DNA from: Eledone cirrhosa | Lineage: Eukaryota | Reading direction: 5' to 3' | DNA: 64,000 nt | Assembly (NCBI GenBank): GCA_964016885.1 | Contig: OZ024744.1 | Location: 15,438,001 to 15,502,000 of the forward strand | Part shown: piece by piece, positions 14,736 to 28,330 of the stretch | How the letters are laid out: every line of letters starts with the position of its first letter | Numbering within the stretch: position 1 is the first letter of the stretch | The notes under the pieces: model-generated | Databases searched by the model: none | What the model was told of the DNA's origin: nothing | The model's input: only the letters and a program-made list of their open reading frames with translations | Position numbers and translations under genes: made by a program

Positions 14736-17495
14736 ACACATACACACTCTCCCACAAAAGTCCACCCATTCCCACAAGTAATGGCAAATGTCCAAAACTC
14801 TCACACATATACACTCTCTCTCTCTCACATACACACTCTCCCACAAAAGTCCACCCATTCCCACTAGTAATGGCAAATGTCCAAAACTCTCTCACATATA
14901 CACTCTCTCTCACATACACACTCTCCCACAAAAGTCCACCCATTCCCACAATTAATGGCAAATGTCCAAAACTCTCTCACATATACACTCTCTCTCTCTC
15001 ACATACACACTCTCCCACAAAAGTCCACCCATTCCCACAAGTAATGGCAAATGTCCAAAACTCCCTCACATATACACTCTCTCTCTCTCTCACATACACA
15101 CTCTCCCACAAAAGTCCACCCATTCCCACAAGTAATGGCAAATGTCCAAAACTCTCTCACATACACACTCTCCCACAAAAGTCCACCCATTCCCACAAGT
15201 AATGTCAAATGTCCAAAACTCTCTCACATATACACTATCTCTCTCTCACATACACACTCTCCCACAAAAGTCCACCCATTCCCACTAGTAATGGCAAATG
15301 TCCAAAACTCTCTCACATATACACTCTCTCTCACATACACACTCTCCCACAAAAGTCCACCCATTCCCACAAGTAATGGCAAATGTCCAAAACTCTCTCA
15401 CATATACACTCTCTCTCTCTCACAAAAGTCCACCGATTCCCACAAGTAATGGCAAATGTCCAAAACTCTCTCACATATACAATCTCTCTCTCTCTCACAT
15501 ACACACTCTCCCACAAAAGTCCACCCATTCCCACAAGTAATGGCAAATGTCCAAAATTCTCTCACATACACACTCTCCCACAAAAGTCCACCCATTCCCA
15601 CAAGTAGTGGCAAATGTCCAAAACTCTCTCACATCTACACTCTCTCTCTCTCTCACATACACACTCTCCCACAAAAGTCCACCCATTCTCACAAGTAATG
15701 GCAAATGTTCAAAACTCTCTCACATATACACTCTCTCTCTCTCTCACATACACACTCTCCCACAAAAGTCCACCCATTCCCACAAGTAATGGCAAATGTC
15801 CAAAACTCTCTCACATATACACTCTCTCTCTCTCTCACATACACACTCTCCCACAAAAGTCCACCCATTCCCACAAGTAATGGCAAATGTCCAAAACTCT
15901 CTCACATATACACTCTGTCTCTCTCACATACACACTCTCCCACAAAAGTCCACCCATTCCAACAAGTAATGGCAAATGTCCAAAACTCTCTCACATATAC
16001 ACTCTCTCTCTCTCTCTCTCTCTCACATACACATTCTCCCACAAAAGTCCACCCATTCCCACAAGTAATGGCAAATGTCTAAAACTCTCTCACATATACA
16101 CTCTCTCTCTCTCACATACACTCTCCCACAAAAGTCCAGCCATTCCCACTAGTAATGGCAAATGTCCAAAACTCTCTCACATATACACTCTCTCTCACAT
16201 ACACACTCTCCCACAAAAGTCCACCCATTCCCACAAGTAATGGCAAATGTCCAAAACTCTCTCACATATACACTCTCTCTCTCTCACATACACACTCTCC
16301 CACAAAAGTCCACCCATTCCCACAAGTAATGGCAAATGTCCAAAACTCTCTCACATATACACTCTCTCTCTCTCTCTCACATACACACTCTCCCACAAAA
16401 GTCCACCCATTCCCACAAGTAATGGCAAATGTCCAAAACTCTCTCACATACACACTCTCCCACAAAAGTCCACCCATTCCCACAAGTAGTGGCAAATGTC
16501 CAAAATTCTCTCACATATACACTCTCTCTCTCTCACATACACACTCTCCCACAAAAGTCCACCCATTCCCACAAGTAATGGCAAATGTCCAAAACTCTCT
16601 CACATATAAACTCTCTCTCTCTCACATACACACTCTCCCACAAAAGTCCACCCATTCCCACAAGTAATGGCAATTGTCCAAAACTCTCTCACATATACAC
16701 TCTCTCTCTCTCTCTCACATACACACTCTCCCACAAAAGTCCACCCATTCCCACAAGTAATGGCAAGCGTCCAAAACTCTCTCACATATACACTCTCTCT
16801 CTCTCTCTCACATACACACTCTCCCACAAAAGTCCACCCATTCCCACAAGTAGTGGCAAATGTCCAAACACTCTCTCACATATACACTCTCTCTCTCTCA
16901 CATACACACTCTCCCACAAAAGTCCACCCATTCCCACAAGTAATGACAAATGTCCAAAACTCTCTCTCTCTCACATACACACTCTCCCACAAAAGTCCAC
17001 CCATTCCCACAAGTAATGGCAAATGTCCAATACTCTCTCACATATACACACTCTCTCTCTCACATACACACTCTCCCACAAAAGTCCACCCATTCCCACA
17101 AGTAATGGCAAATGTCCAAAAGTTTCTCACATATACACTCTCTCTCTCTCACATACACACTCTCCCACAAAAGTCCACCCATTCTCACAAGTAATGGCAA
17201 ATGTCTAAAACTCTCTCACATATACACTCTCTCTCTCTCTCACATACACACTCTCCCACAAAAGTCCACCCATTCCCACAAGTAATGGCAAATGTCCAAA
17301 ACTCTCTCACATATACACTCTCTCTCTCTCTCACATACACACTCTCCCACAAAAGTCCACGCATTCCCACAAGTAATGGCAAATGTCCAAAACTCTCTCA
17401 CATATACACTCTCTCTCTCTCACATACACACTCTCCCACAAAAGTCCACCCATTCCAACAAGTAATGGCAAATGTCCAAAACTCTCTCACATATA

Positions 17496-17542
<47 letters not shown>

Positions 17543-19976
17543 CCACAAAAGTCCACCCATTCCCACAAGTAATGGCAAATGTCCAATACTCTCTCACATA
17601 TACACACTCTCTCTCTCACATACACACTCTCCCACAAAAGTCCACCCATTCCCACAAGTAATGGCAAATGTCCAAAACTCTCTCACATATACACTCTCTC
17701 TCTCTCACATACACACTCTCCCACAAAAGTCCACCCATTCCCACAATTAATGGCAAATGTCCAAAACTCTCTCACATATACACTCTCTCTCCCTCTCACA
17801 TACACACTCTCCCACAAAAGTCCACCCATTCCCACAAGTAATGGCAAATGTCCAAAACTCTCTCACATATACACTCTCTCTCTCTCTCACATAAAACTCT
17901 CCCACAAAAGTCCACCCATTCCCACAAGTAATGGCAAATGTCCAAAACTCTCTCACATATACACTCTCTCTCTCTCACATACACACTCTCCCACAAAAGT
18001 CCACCCATTCCCACTAGTAATGGCAAATGTCCAAAACTCTCTCACATATACACTCTCTCTCTCTCTCACATACACACTCTCCCACAAAAGTCCACCCATT
18101 CCCACAAGTAATGGCAAATGTCCAAAACTCTCTCACATACACACTCTCCCACAAAAGTCCACCCATTCCCACAAGTAGTGGCAAATGTCCAAAACTCTCT
18201 CACATCTACACTCTCTCTCTCTCACATACACACTCTCCCACAAAAGTCCACCCATTCTCACAAGTAATGGCAAATGTCCAAAACTCTCTCACATATACAC
18301 TCTCTCTCTCTCTCACATACACACTCTCCCACAAAAGTCCACCCATTCCCACAAGTAATGGCAAATGTCCAAAACTCTCTCACATATACACTCTCTCTCT
18401 CTCTCACATACACACTCTCCCACAAAAGTCCACCCATTCCCACAAGTAATGGCAAATGTCCAAAACTCTCTCACATATACACTCTCTCTCTCTCACATAC
18501 ACACTCTCCCACAAAAGTCCACCCATTCCAACAAGTAATGGCAAATGTCCAAAACTCTCTCACATATACACTCTCTCTCTCTCTCTCTCACATACACACT
18601 CTCCCCCAAAAGTCCACCCATTCCCACAAGTAATGGCAAATGTCTAAAACTCTCTCACATATACACTCTCTCTCTCTCACATACACTCTCCCACAAAGGT
18701 CCACCCATTCCCACTAGTAATGGCAAATGTCCAAAATTCTCTCACATATACACTCTCTCTCACATACACACTCTCCCACAAAAGTCCACCCATTCCCACA
18801 AGTAATGGCAAATGTCCAAAACTCTCTCACATATACACTCTCTCTCTCTCTCACATACACACTCTCCCACAAAAGTCCACCCATTCCCACAAGTAATGGC
18901 AAATGTCCAAAACTCTCTCACATATACACTCTCTCTCTCTCTCACATACACACTCTCCCACAAAAGTCCACCCATTCCCACAAGTAATAGCAAATGTCCA
19001 AAACTCTCTCACATACACACTCTCCCACAAAAGTCCACCCATTCCCACAAGTAGTGGCAAATGTCCAAAACTCTCTCACATATACACTCTCTCACATACA
19101 CACTCTCCCACAAAAGTCCACCCATTCCCACAAGTAATGGCAAATGTCCAAAACTCTCTCACATATACACTCTCTCTCTCTCTCACATACACACTCTCCC
19201 ACAAAAGTCGACACATTCCCACAAGTAATGGCAAATGTCCAAAACTCTCTCACATATACACTCTCTCTCTCTCACATACACACTCTCCCACAAAAGTCCA
19301 CCCATTCCCACAAGTAATGGCAAATGTCCAAAACTCTCTCACATATACACTCTCTCTCTCTCTCTCACATACACACTCTCCCACAAAAGTCCACCCATTC
19401 CCACAAGTAATGGCAAGTGTCCAAAACTCTCTCACATATACACTCTCTCTCTCTCACATACACACTCTCCCACAAAAGTCCACCCATTCCCACAAGTAAT
19501 GGCAAATATCCAAAACTCTATCACATATACACTCTCTCTCTCTCTCACATACACACTCTCCCACAAAAGTCCACCCATTCCCACAAGTAATGACAAATGT
19601 CCAAAACTCTCTCACATATACACTCTCTCTCTCTCACATACACACTCTCCCACAAAAGTCCACCCATTCCCACAAGTAATGGCAAATGTCCAAAACTCCC
19701 TCACATATACACTCTCTCTCTCTCAAATACACACTCTCCCACAAAAGTCCACCCATTCCCACAAGTAATGGCAAATGTCCAATACTCTCTCACATATACA
19801 CACTCTCTCTCTCACATACACACTCTCCCACAAAAGTCCACCCATTCCCACAAGTAATGGCAAATGTCCAAAACTCTCTCACATATACACTCTCTCTCTC
19901 TCACATACACACTCTCCCACAAAAGTCCACCCATTCCAACAAGTAATGGCAAATGTCCAAAACTCTCTCACATATG

Positions 19977-20018
<42 letters not shown>

Positions 20019-22279
20019 TACACACTCTCCCACAAAAGTCCACCCATTCCCACAAGTAATGGCAAATGTCCAATACTCTCTCACATATACACACTCTCTC
20101 TCTCACATACACACTCTCCCACAAAAGTCCACCCATTCCCACAAGTAATGGCAAATGTCCAAAACTCTCTCACATATACACTCTCTCTCTCTCACATACA
20201 CACTCTCCCACAAAAGTCCACCCATTCCCACAATTAATGGCAAATGTCCAAAACTCTCTCACATATACACTCTCTCTCCCTCTCACATACACACTCTCCC
20301 ACAAAAGTCCACCCATTCCCACAAGTAATGGCAAATGTCCAAAACTCTCTCACATATACACTCTCTCTCTCTCTCACATACACACTCTCCCACAAAAGTC
20401 CACCCATTCCCACAAGTAATGGCAATTGTCCAAAACTCTCTCACATATACACTCTCTCTCTCTCACATACACACTCTCCCACAAAAGTCCACCCATTCCC
20501 ACTAGTAATGGCAAATGTCCAAAACTCTCTCACATATACACTCTCTCTCTCTCTCACATAAACACTCTCCCACAAAAGTCCACCCATTCCCACTAGTAAT
20601 GGCAAATGTCCAAAACTCTCTCACATACACACTCTCCCACAAAAGTCCACCCATTTCCACAAGTAATGGCAAGTGTCCAAAACTCTCTCACATATACACT
20701 CTCTCTCTCTCACATACACACTCTCCCACAAAAGTCCACCCATTCCCACAAGTAATGGCAAATATCCAAAACTCTCTCACATATACACTCTCTCTCTCTC
20801 ACATACACACTCTCCCACAAAAGTCCACCCATTCCCACAAGTAATGACAAATGTCCAAAACTCTCTCACATATACACTCTCTCTCTCTCACATACACACT
20901 CTCCCACAAAAGTCCACCCATTCCCACAAGTAATGGCAAATGTCCAAAACTCCCTCACATATACACTCTCTCTCTCTCACATACACACTCTCCCACAAAA
21001 GTCCACCCATTCCCACAAGTAATGGCAAATGTCCAATACTCTCTCACATATACACACTCTCTCTCTCTCACATAAACACTCTCCCACAAAAGTCCACCCA
21101 TTCCCACAAGTAATGGCAAATGTCCAAAACTCTCTCACATATACACTCTCTCTCTCTCACATACACACTCTCCCACAAAAGTCCACCCATTCCAACAAGT
21201 AATGGCAAATGTCCAAAACTCTCTCACATATGCACTCTCTCTCTCTCTCTCTCTCACACATACACACTCTCCCACAAAAGTCCACCCATTCCCACAAGTA
21301 ATGGCAAATGTCCAATACTCTCTCACATATACACACTCTCTCTCTTACATACACACTCTCCCACAAAAGTCCACCCATTCCCACAAGTAATGGCAAATGT
21401 CCAAAACTCTCTCACATATACACTCTCTCTCTCTCACATACACACTCTCCCACAAAAGTCCACCCATTCCCACAATTAATGGCAAATGTCCAAAACTCTC
21501 TCACATATACACTCTCTCTCCCTCTCACATACACACTCTCCCACAAAAGTCCACCCATTCCCACAAGTAATGGCAAATGTCCAAAACTCTCTCACATATA
21601 CACTCTCTCTCTCTCTCACATACACACTCTCCCACAAAAGTCCACCCATTCCCACAAGTAATGGCAAATGTCCAAAACTCTCTCACATATACACTCTCTC
21701 TCTCTCACATACACACTCTCCCACAAAAGTCCACCCATTCCCACTAGTAATGGCAAATGTCCAAAACTCTCTCACATATACACTCTCTCTCTCTCTCACA
21801 TACACACTCTCCCACAAAAGTCCACCCATTCCCACTAGTAATGGCAAATGTCCAAAACTCTCTCACATACACACTCTCCCACAAAAGTCCACCCATTCCC
21901 ACAAGTAATGGCAAATATCCAAAACTCTCTCACATATACACTCTCTCTCTCTCACATACACACTCTCCCACAAAAGTCCACCCATTCCCACAAGTAATGA
22001 CAAATGTCCAAAACTCTCTCACATATACACTCTCTCTCTCTCACATACACACTCTCCCACAAAAGTCCACCCATTCCCACAAGTAATGGCAAATGTCCAA
22101 TACTCTCTCACATATACACACTCTCTCTCTCACATACACACTCTCCCACAAAAGTCCACCCATTCCCACAAGTAATGGCAAATGTCCAAAACTTTCTCAC
22201 ATATACACTCTCTCTCTCTCACATACACACTCTCCCACAAAAGTCCACCCATTCTCACAAGTAATGGCAAATGTCTAAA

Positions 22280-24390
22280 ACTCTCTCACATATACACTCT
22301 CTCTCTCTCTCACATACACACTCTCCCACAAAAGTCCACCCATTCCCACAAGTAATGGCAAATGTCCAAAACTCTCTCACATATACACTCTCTCTCTCTC
22401 TCACATACACACTCTCCCACAAAAGTCCACGCATTCCCACAAGTAATGGCAAATGTCCAAAACTCTCTCACATATACACTCTCTCTCTCTCACATACACA
22501 CTCTCCCACAAAAGTCCACCCATTCCAACAAGTAATGGCAAATGTCCAAAACTCTCTCACATATACACTCTCTCTCTCTCTCTCTCTCTCTCACACATAC
22601 ACACTCTCCCACAAAAGTCCACCCATTCCCACAAGTAATGGCAAATGTCCAAAACTCTCTCACATATACACTCTCTCTCTCTCTCACATACACACTCTCC
22701 CACAAAAGTCCACCCATTCCCACAAGTAATGGCAAATGTCCAAAACTCTCTCACATACACACTCTCCCACAAAAGTCCACCTATTCCCACAAGTAATGGC
22801 AAATGTCCAAAACTCTCTCACATATACACTCTCTCTCTCTCACATACACACTCTCCCACAAAAGTCCACCCATTCCCACTAGTAATGGCAAATGTCCAAA
22901 ACTCTCTCACATATACACTCTCTCTCTCTCTCACATACACACTCTCCCACAAAAGTCCACCCATTCCCACAAGTAATGGCAAATGTCCAAAACTCTCTCA
23001 CATACACACTCTCCCACAAAAGTCCACCCATTCCCACAAGTAGTGGCAAATGTCCAAAACTCTCTCACATCTACACTCTCTCTCTCTCACATACACACTC
23101 TCCCACAAAAGTCCACCCATTCTCACAAGTAATGGCAAATGTCCAAAACTCTCTCACATATACACTCTCTCTCTCTCTCACATACACACTCTCCCACAAA
23201 AGTCCACCCATTCCCACAAGTAATGGCAAATGTCCAAAACTCTCTCACATATACACTCTCTCTCTCTCTCACATACACACTCTCCCACAAAAGTCCACCC
23301 ATTCCCACAAGTAATGGCAAATGTCCAAAACTCTCTCACATGTACACTCTCTCTCTCTCACATACACACTCTCCCATAAAAGTCCACCCATTCCAACAAG
23401 TAATGGCAAATGTCCAAAACTCTCTCACATATACACTCTCTCTCTCTCTTTCTCACATACACACTCTCCCACAAAAGTCCACCCATTCCCACAAGTAATG
23501 GCAAATGTCTAAAACTCTCTCACATATACACTCTCTCTCTCTCACATACACTCTCCCACAAAGGTCCACCCATTCCCACTAGTAATGGCAAATGTCCAAA
23601 ATTCTCTCACATATACACTCTCTCTCACATACACACTCTCCCACAAAAGTCCACCCATTCCCACAAGTAATGGCAAATGTCCAAAACTCTCTCACATATA
23701 CACTCTCTCTCTCTCACATACACACTCTCCCACAAAAGTCCACCCATTCCCACAAGTAATGGCAAATGTCCAAAACTCTCTCACATATACACTCTCTCTC
23801 TCTCTCACATACACACTCTCCCACAAAAGTCCACCCATTCCCACAAGTAATGGCAAATGTCCAAAACTCTCTCACATACACACTCTCCCACAAAAGTCCA
23901 CCCATTCCCACAAGTAGTGGAAAATGTCCCAAACTCTCTCACATATACACTCTCTCACATACACACTCTCCCACAAAAGTCCACCCATTCCCACAAGTAA
24001 TGGCAAATGTCCAAAACTCTCTCACATATACACTCTCTCTCTCTCTCACATACACACTCTCCCACAAAAGTCCACCCATTCCCACAAGTAATGGCAAATG
24101 TCCAAAACTCTCTCACATATACACTCTCTCTCTCTCACATACACACTCTCCCACAAAAGTCCACCCATTCCCACAAGTAATGGCAAATGTCCAAAACTCT
24201 CTCACATATACACTCTCTCTCTCTCTCACATACACACTCTCCCACAAAAGTCCACGCATTCACACAAGTAATGGCAAATGTCCAAAACTCTCTCACATAT
24301 ACACTCTCTCTCTCTCACATACACACTCTCCCACAAAAGTCCACCCATTCCAACAAGTAATGGCAAATGTCCAAAACTCTCTCACATATA

Positions 24391-24426
<36 letters not shown>

Positions 24427-27358
24427 TACACACTCTCCCACAAAAGTCCACCCATTCCCACAAGTAATGGCAAATGTCCAAAACTCTCTCACATATACAC
24501 TCTCTCTCTCTCACATACACACTCTCCCACAAAAGTCCACCCATTCCCACAATTAATGGCAAATGTCCAAAACTCTCTCACATATACACTCTCTCTCCCT
24601 CTCACATACACACTCTCCCACAAAAGTCCACCCATTCCCACAAGTAATGGCAAATGTCCAAAACTCTCTCACATATACACTCTCTCTCTCTCTCACATAC
24701 ACACTCTCCCACAAAAGTCCACCCATTCCCACAAGTAATGGCAAATGTCCAAAACTCTCTCACATACACACTCTCCCACAAAAGTCCACCTATTCCCACA
24801 AGTAATGGCAAATGTCCAAAACTCTCTCACATATACACTCTCTCTCTCTCACATACACACTCTCCCACAAAAGTCCACCCATTCCCACTAGTAATGGCAA
24901 ATGTCCAAAACTCTCTCACATATACACTCTCTCTCTCTCTCACATACACACTCTCCCACAAAAGTCCACCCATTCCCACAAGTAATGGCAAATGTCCAAA
25001 ACTCTCTCACATACACACTCTCCCACAAAAGTCCACCCATTCCCACAAGTAGTGGCAAATGTCCAAAACTCTCTCACATCTACACTCTCTCTCTCTCACA
25101 TACACACTCTCCCACAAAAGTCCACCCATTCTCACAAGTAATGGCAAATGTCCAAAACTCTCTCACATATACACTCTCTCTCTCTCTCACATACACACTC
25201 TCCCACAAAAGTCCACCCATTCCCACAAGTAATGGCAAATGTCCAAAACTCTCTCACATATACACTCTCTCTCTCTCTCACATACACACTCTCCCACAAA
25301 AGTCCACCCATTCCCACAAGTAATGGCAAATGTCCAAAACTCTCTCACATATACACTCTCTCTCTCTCTCACATACACACTCTCCCACAAAAGTCCACGC
25401 ATTCCCACAAGTAATGGCAAATGTCCAAAACTCTCTCACATATACACTCTCTCTCTCTCACATACACACTCTCCCACAAAAGTCCACCCATTCCAACAAG
25501 TAATGGCAAATGTCCAAAACTCTCTCACATATACACTCTCTCTCTCTCTCTCTCTCTCTCACACATACACACTCTCCCACAAAAGTCCACCCATTCCCAC
25601 AAGTAATGGCAAATGTCCAAAACTCTCTCACATATACACTCTCTCTCTCTCTCACATACACACTCTCCCACAAAAGTCCACCCATTCCCACAAGTAATGG
25701 CAAATGTCCAAAACTCTCTCACATACACACTCTCCCACAAAAGTCCACCTATTCCCACAAGTAATGGCAAATGTCCAAAACTCTCTCACATATACACTCT
25801 CTCTCTCTCACATACACACTCTCCCACAAAAGTCCACCCATTCCCACTAGTAATGGCAAATGTCCAAAACTCTCTCACATATACACTCTCTCTCTCTCTC
25901 ACATACACACTCTCCCACAAAAGTCCACCCATTCCCACAAGTAATGGCAAATGTCCAAAACTCTCTCACATACACACTCTCCCACAAAAGTCCACCCATT
26001 CCCACAAGTAGTGGCAAATGTCCAAAACTCTCTCACATCTACACTCTCTCTCTCTCACATACACACTCTCCCACAAAAGTCCACCCATTCTCACAAGTAA
26101 TGGCAAATGTCCAAAACTCTCTCACATATACACTCTCTCTCTCTCTCACATACACACTCTCCCACAAAAGTCCACCCATTCCCACAAGTAATGGCAAATG
26201 TCCAAAACTCTCTCACATATACACTCTCTCTCTCTCTCACATACACACTCTCCCACAAAAGTCCACCCATTCCCACAAGTAATGGCAAATGTCCAAAACT
26301 CTCTCACATGTACACTCTCTCTCTCTCACATACACACTCTCCCATAAAAGTCCACCCATTCCAACAAGTAATGGCAAATGTCCAAAACTCTCTCACATAT
26401 ACACTCTCTCTCTCTCTTTCTCACATACACACTCTCCCACAAAAGTCCACCCATTCCCACAAGTAATGGCAAATGTCTAAAACTCTCTCACATATACACT
26501 CTCTCTCTCTCACATACACTCTCCCACAAAGGTCCACCCATTCCCACTAGTAATGGCAAATGTCCAAAATTCTCTCACATATACACTCTCTCTCACATAC
26601 ACACTCTCCCACAAAAGTCCACCCATTCCCACAAGTAATGGCAAATGTCCAAAACTCTCTCACATATACACTCTCTCTCTCTCACATACACACTCTCCCA
26701 CAAAAGTCCACCCATTCCCACAAGTAATGGCAAATGTCCAAAACTCTCTCACATATACACTCTCTCTCTCTCTCACATACACACTCTCCCACAAAAGTCC
26801 ACCCATTCCCACAAGTAATGGCAAATGTCCAAAACTCTCTCACATACACACTCTCCCACAAAAGTCCACCCATTCCCACAAGTAGTGGAAAATGTCCCAA
26901 ACTCTCTCACATATACACTCTCTCACATACACACTCTCCCACAAAAGTCCACCCATTCCCACAAGTAATGGCAAATGTCCAAAACTCTCTCACATATACA
27001 CTCTCTCTCTCTCTCACATACACACTCTCCCACAAAAGTCCACCCATTCCCACAAGTAATGGCAAATGTCCAAAACTCTCTCACATATACACTCTCTCTC
27101 TCTCACATACACACTCTCCCACAAAAGTCCACCCATTCCCACAAGTAATGGCAAATGTCCAAAACTCTCTCACATATACACTCTCTCTCTCTCTCACATA
27201 CACACTCTCCCACAAAAGTCCACGCATTCACACAAGTAATGGCAAATGTCCAAAACTCTCTCACATATACACTCTCTCTCTCTCACATACACACTCTCCC
27301 ACAAAAGTCCACCCATTCCAACAAGTAATGGCAAATGTCCAAAACTCTCTCACATATA

Positions 27359-27394
<36 letters not shown>

Positions 27395-28330
27395 TACACA
27401 CTCTCCCACAAAAGTCCACCCATTCCCACAAGTAATGGCAAATGTCCAAAACTCTCTCACATATACACTCTCTCTCTCTCACATACACACTCTCCCACAA
27501 AAGTCCACCCATTCCCACAATTAATGGCAAATGTCCAAAACTCTCTCACATATACACTCTCTCTCCCTCTCACATACACACTCTCCCACAAAAGTCCACC
27601 CATTCCCACAAGTAATGGCAAATGTCCAAAACTCTCTCACATATACACTCTCTCTCTCTCTCACATACACACTCTCCCACAAAAGTCCACCCATTCCCAC
27701 AAGTAATGGCAAATGTCCAAAACTCTCTCACATACACACTCTCCCACAAAAGTCCACCTATTCCCACAAGTAATGGCAAATGTCCAAAACTCTCTCACAT
27801 ATACACTCTCTCTCTCTCACATACACACTCTCCCACAAAAGTCCACCCATTCCCACTAGTAATGGCAAATGTCCAAAACTCTCTCACATATACACTCTCT
27901 CTCTCTCTCACATACACACTCTCCCACAAAAGTCCACCCATTCCCACAAGTAATGGCAAATGTCCAAAACTCTCTCACATACACACTCTCCCACAAAAGT
28001 CCACCCATTCCCACAAGTAGTGGCAAATGTCCAAAACTCTCTCACATCTACACTCTCTCTCTCTCACATACACACTCTCCCACAAAAGTCCACCCATTCT
28101 CACAAGTAATGGCAAATGTCCAAAACTCTCTCACATATACACTCTCTCTCTCTCTCACATACACACTCTCCCACAAAAGTCCACCCATTCCCACAAGTAA
28201 TGGCAAATGTCCAAAACTCTCTCACATATACACTCTCTCTCTCTCTCACATACACACTCTCCCACAAAAGTCCACCCATTCCCACAAGTAATGGCAAATG
28301 TCCAAAACTCTCTCACATATACACTCTCTC
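22280..28330 (+). repeat. Tandem duplication, 2968-bp period, ~2 copies
   Basis: ORFs at 22453/25421, 23139/26107, 23766/26734 and 24901/27869. Shared private variants: TGTACA (23341/26309), CTCTTTCT, GGAAAATGTCCCAAA, CACGCATTCACAC. Confidence 0.92.

Larger units (their letters stand above)
1..16670 (+). repeat. Higher-order tandem duplication, 6496-bp period, ~2.6 copies visible
   Basis: The ORF pattern repeats at +6496 (217/6713/13209; 1248/7744/14240). Rare variants such as GGCTAAT, CTCTGACA, CTCGCT, CCACCGATT and (CT)25 recur at that spacing. The match ends at the CAATTG variant near 16671. Confidence 0.95.
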
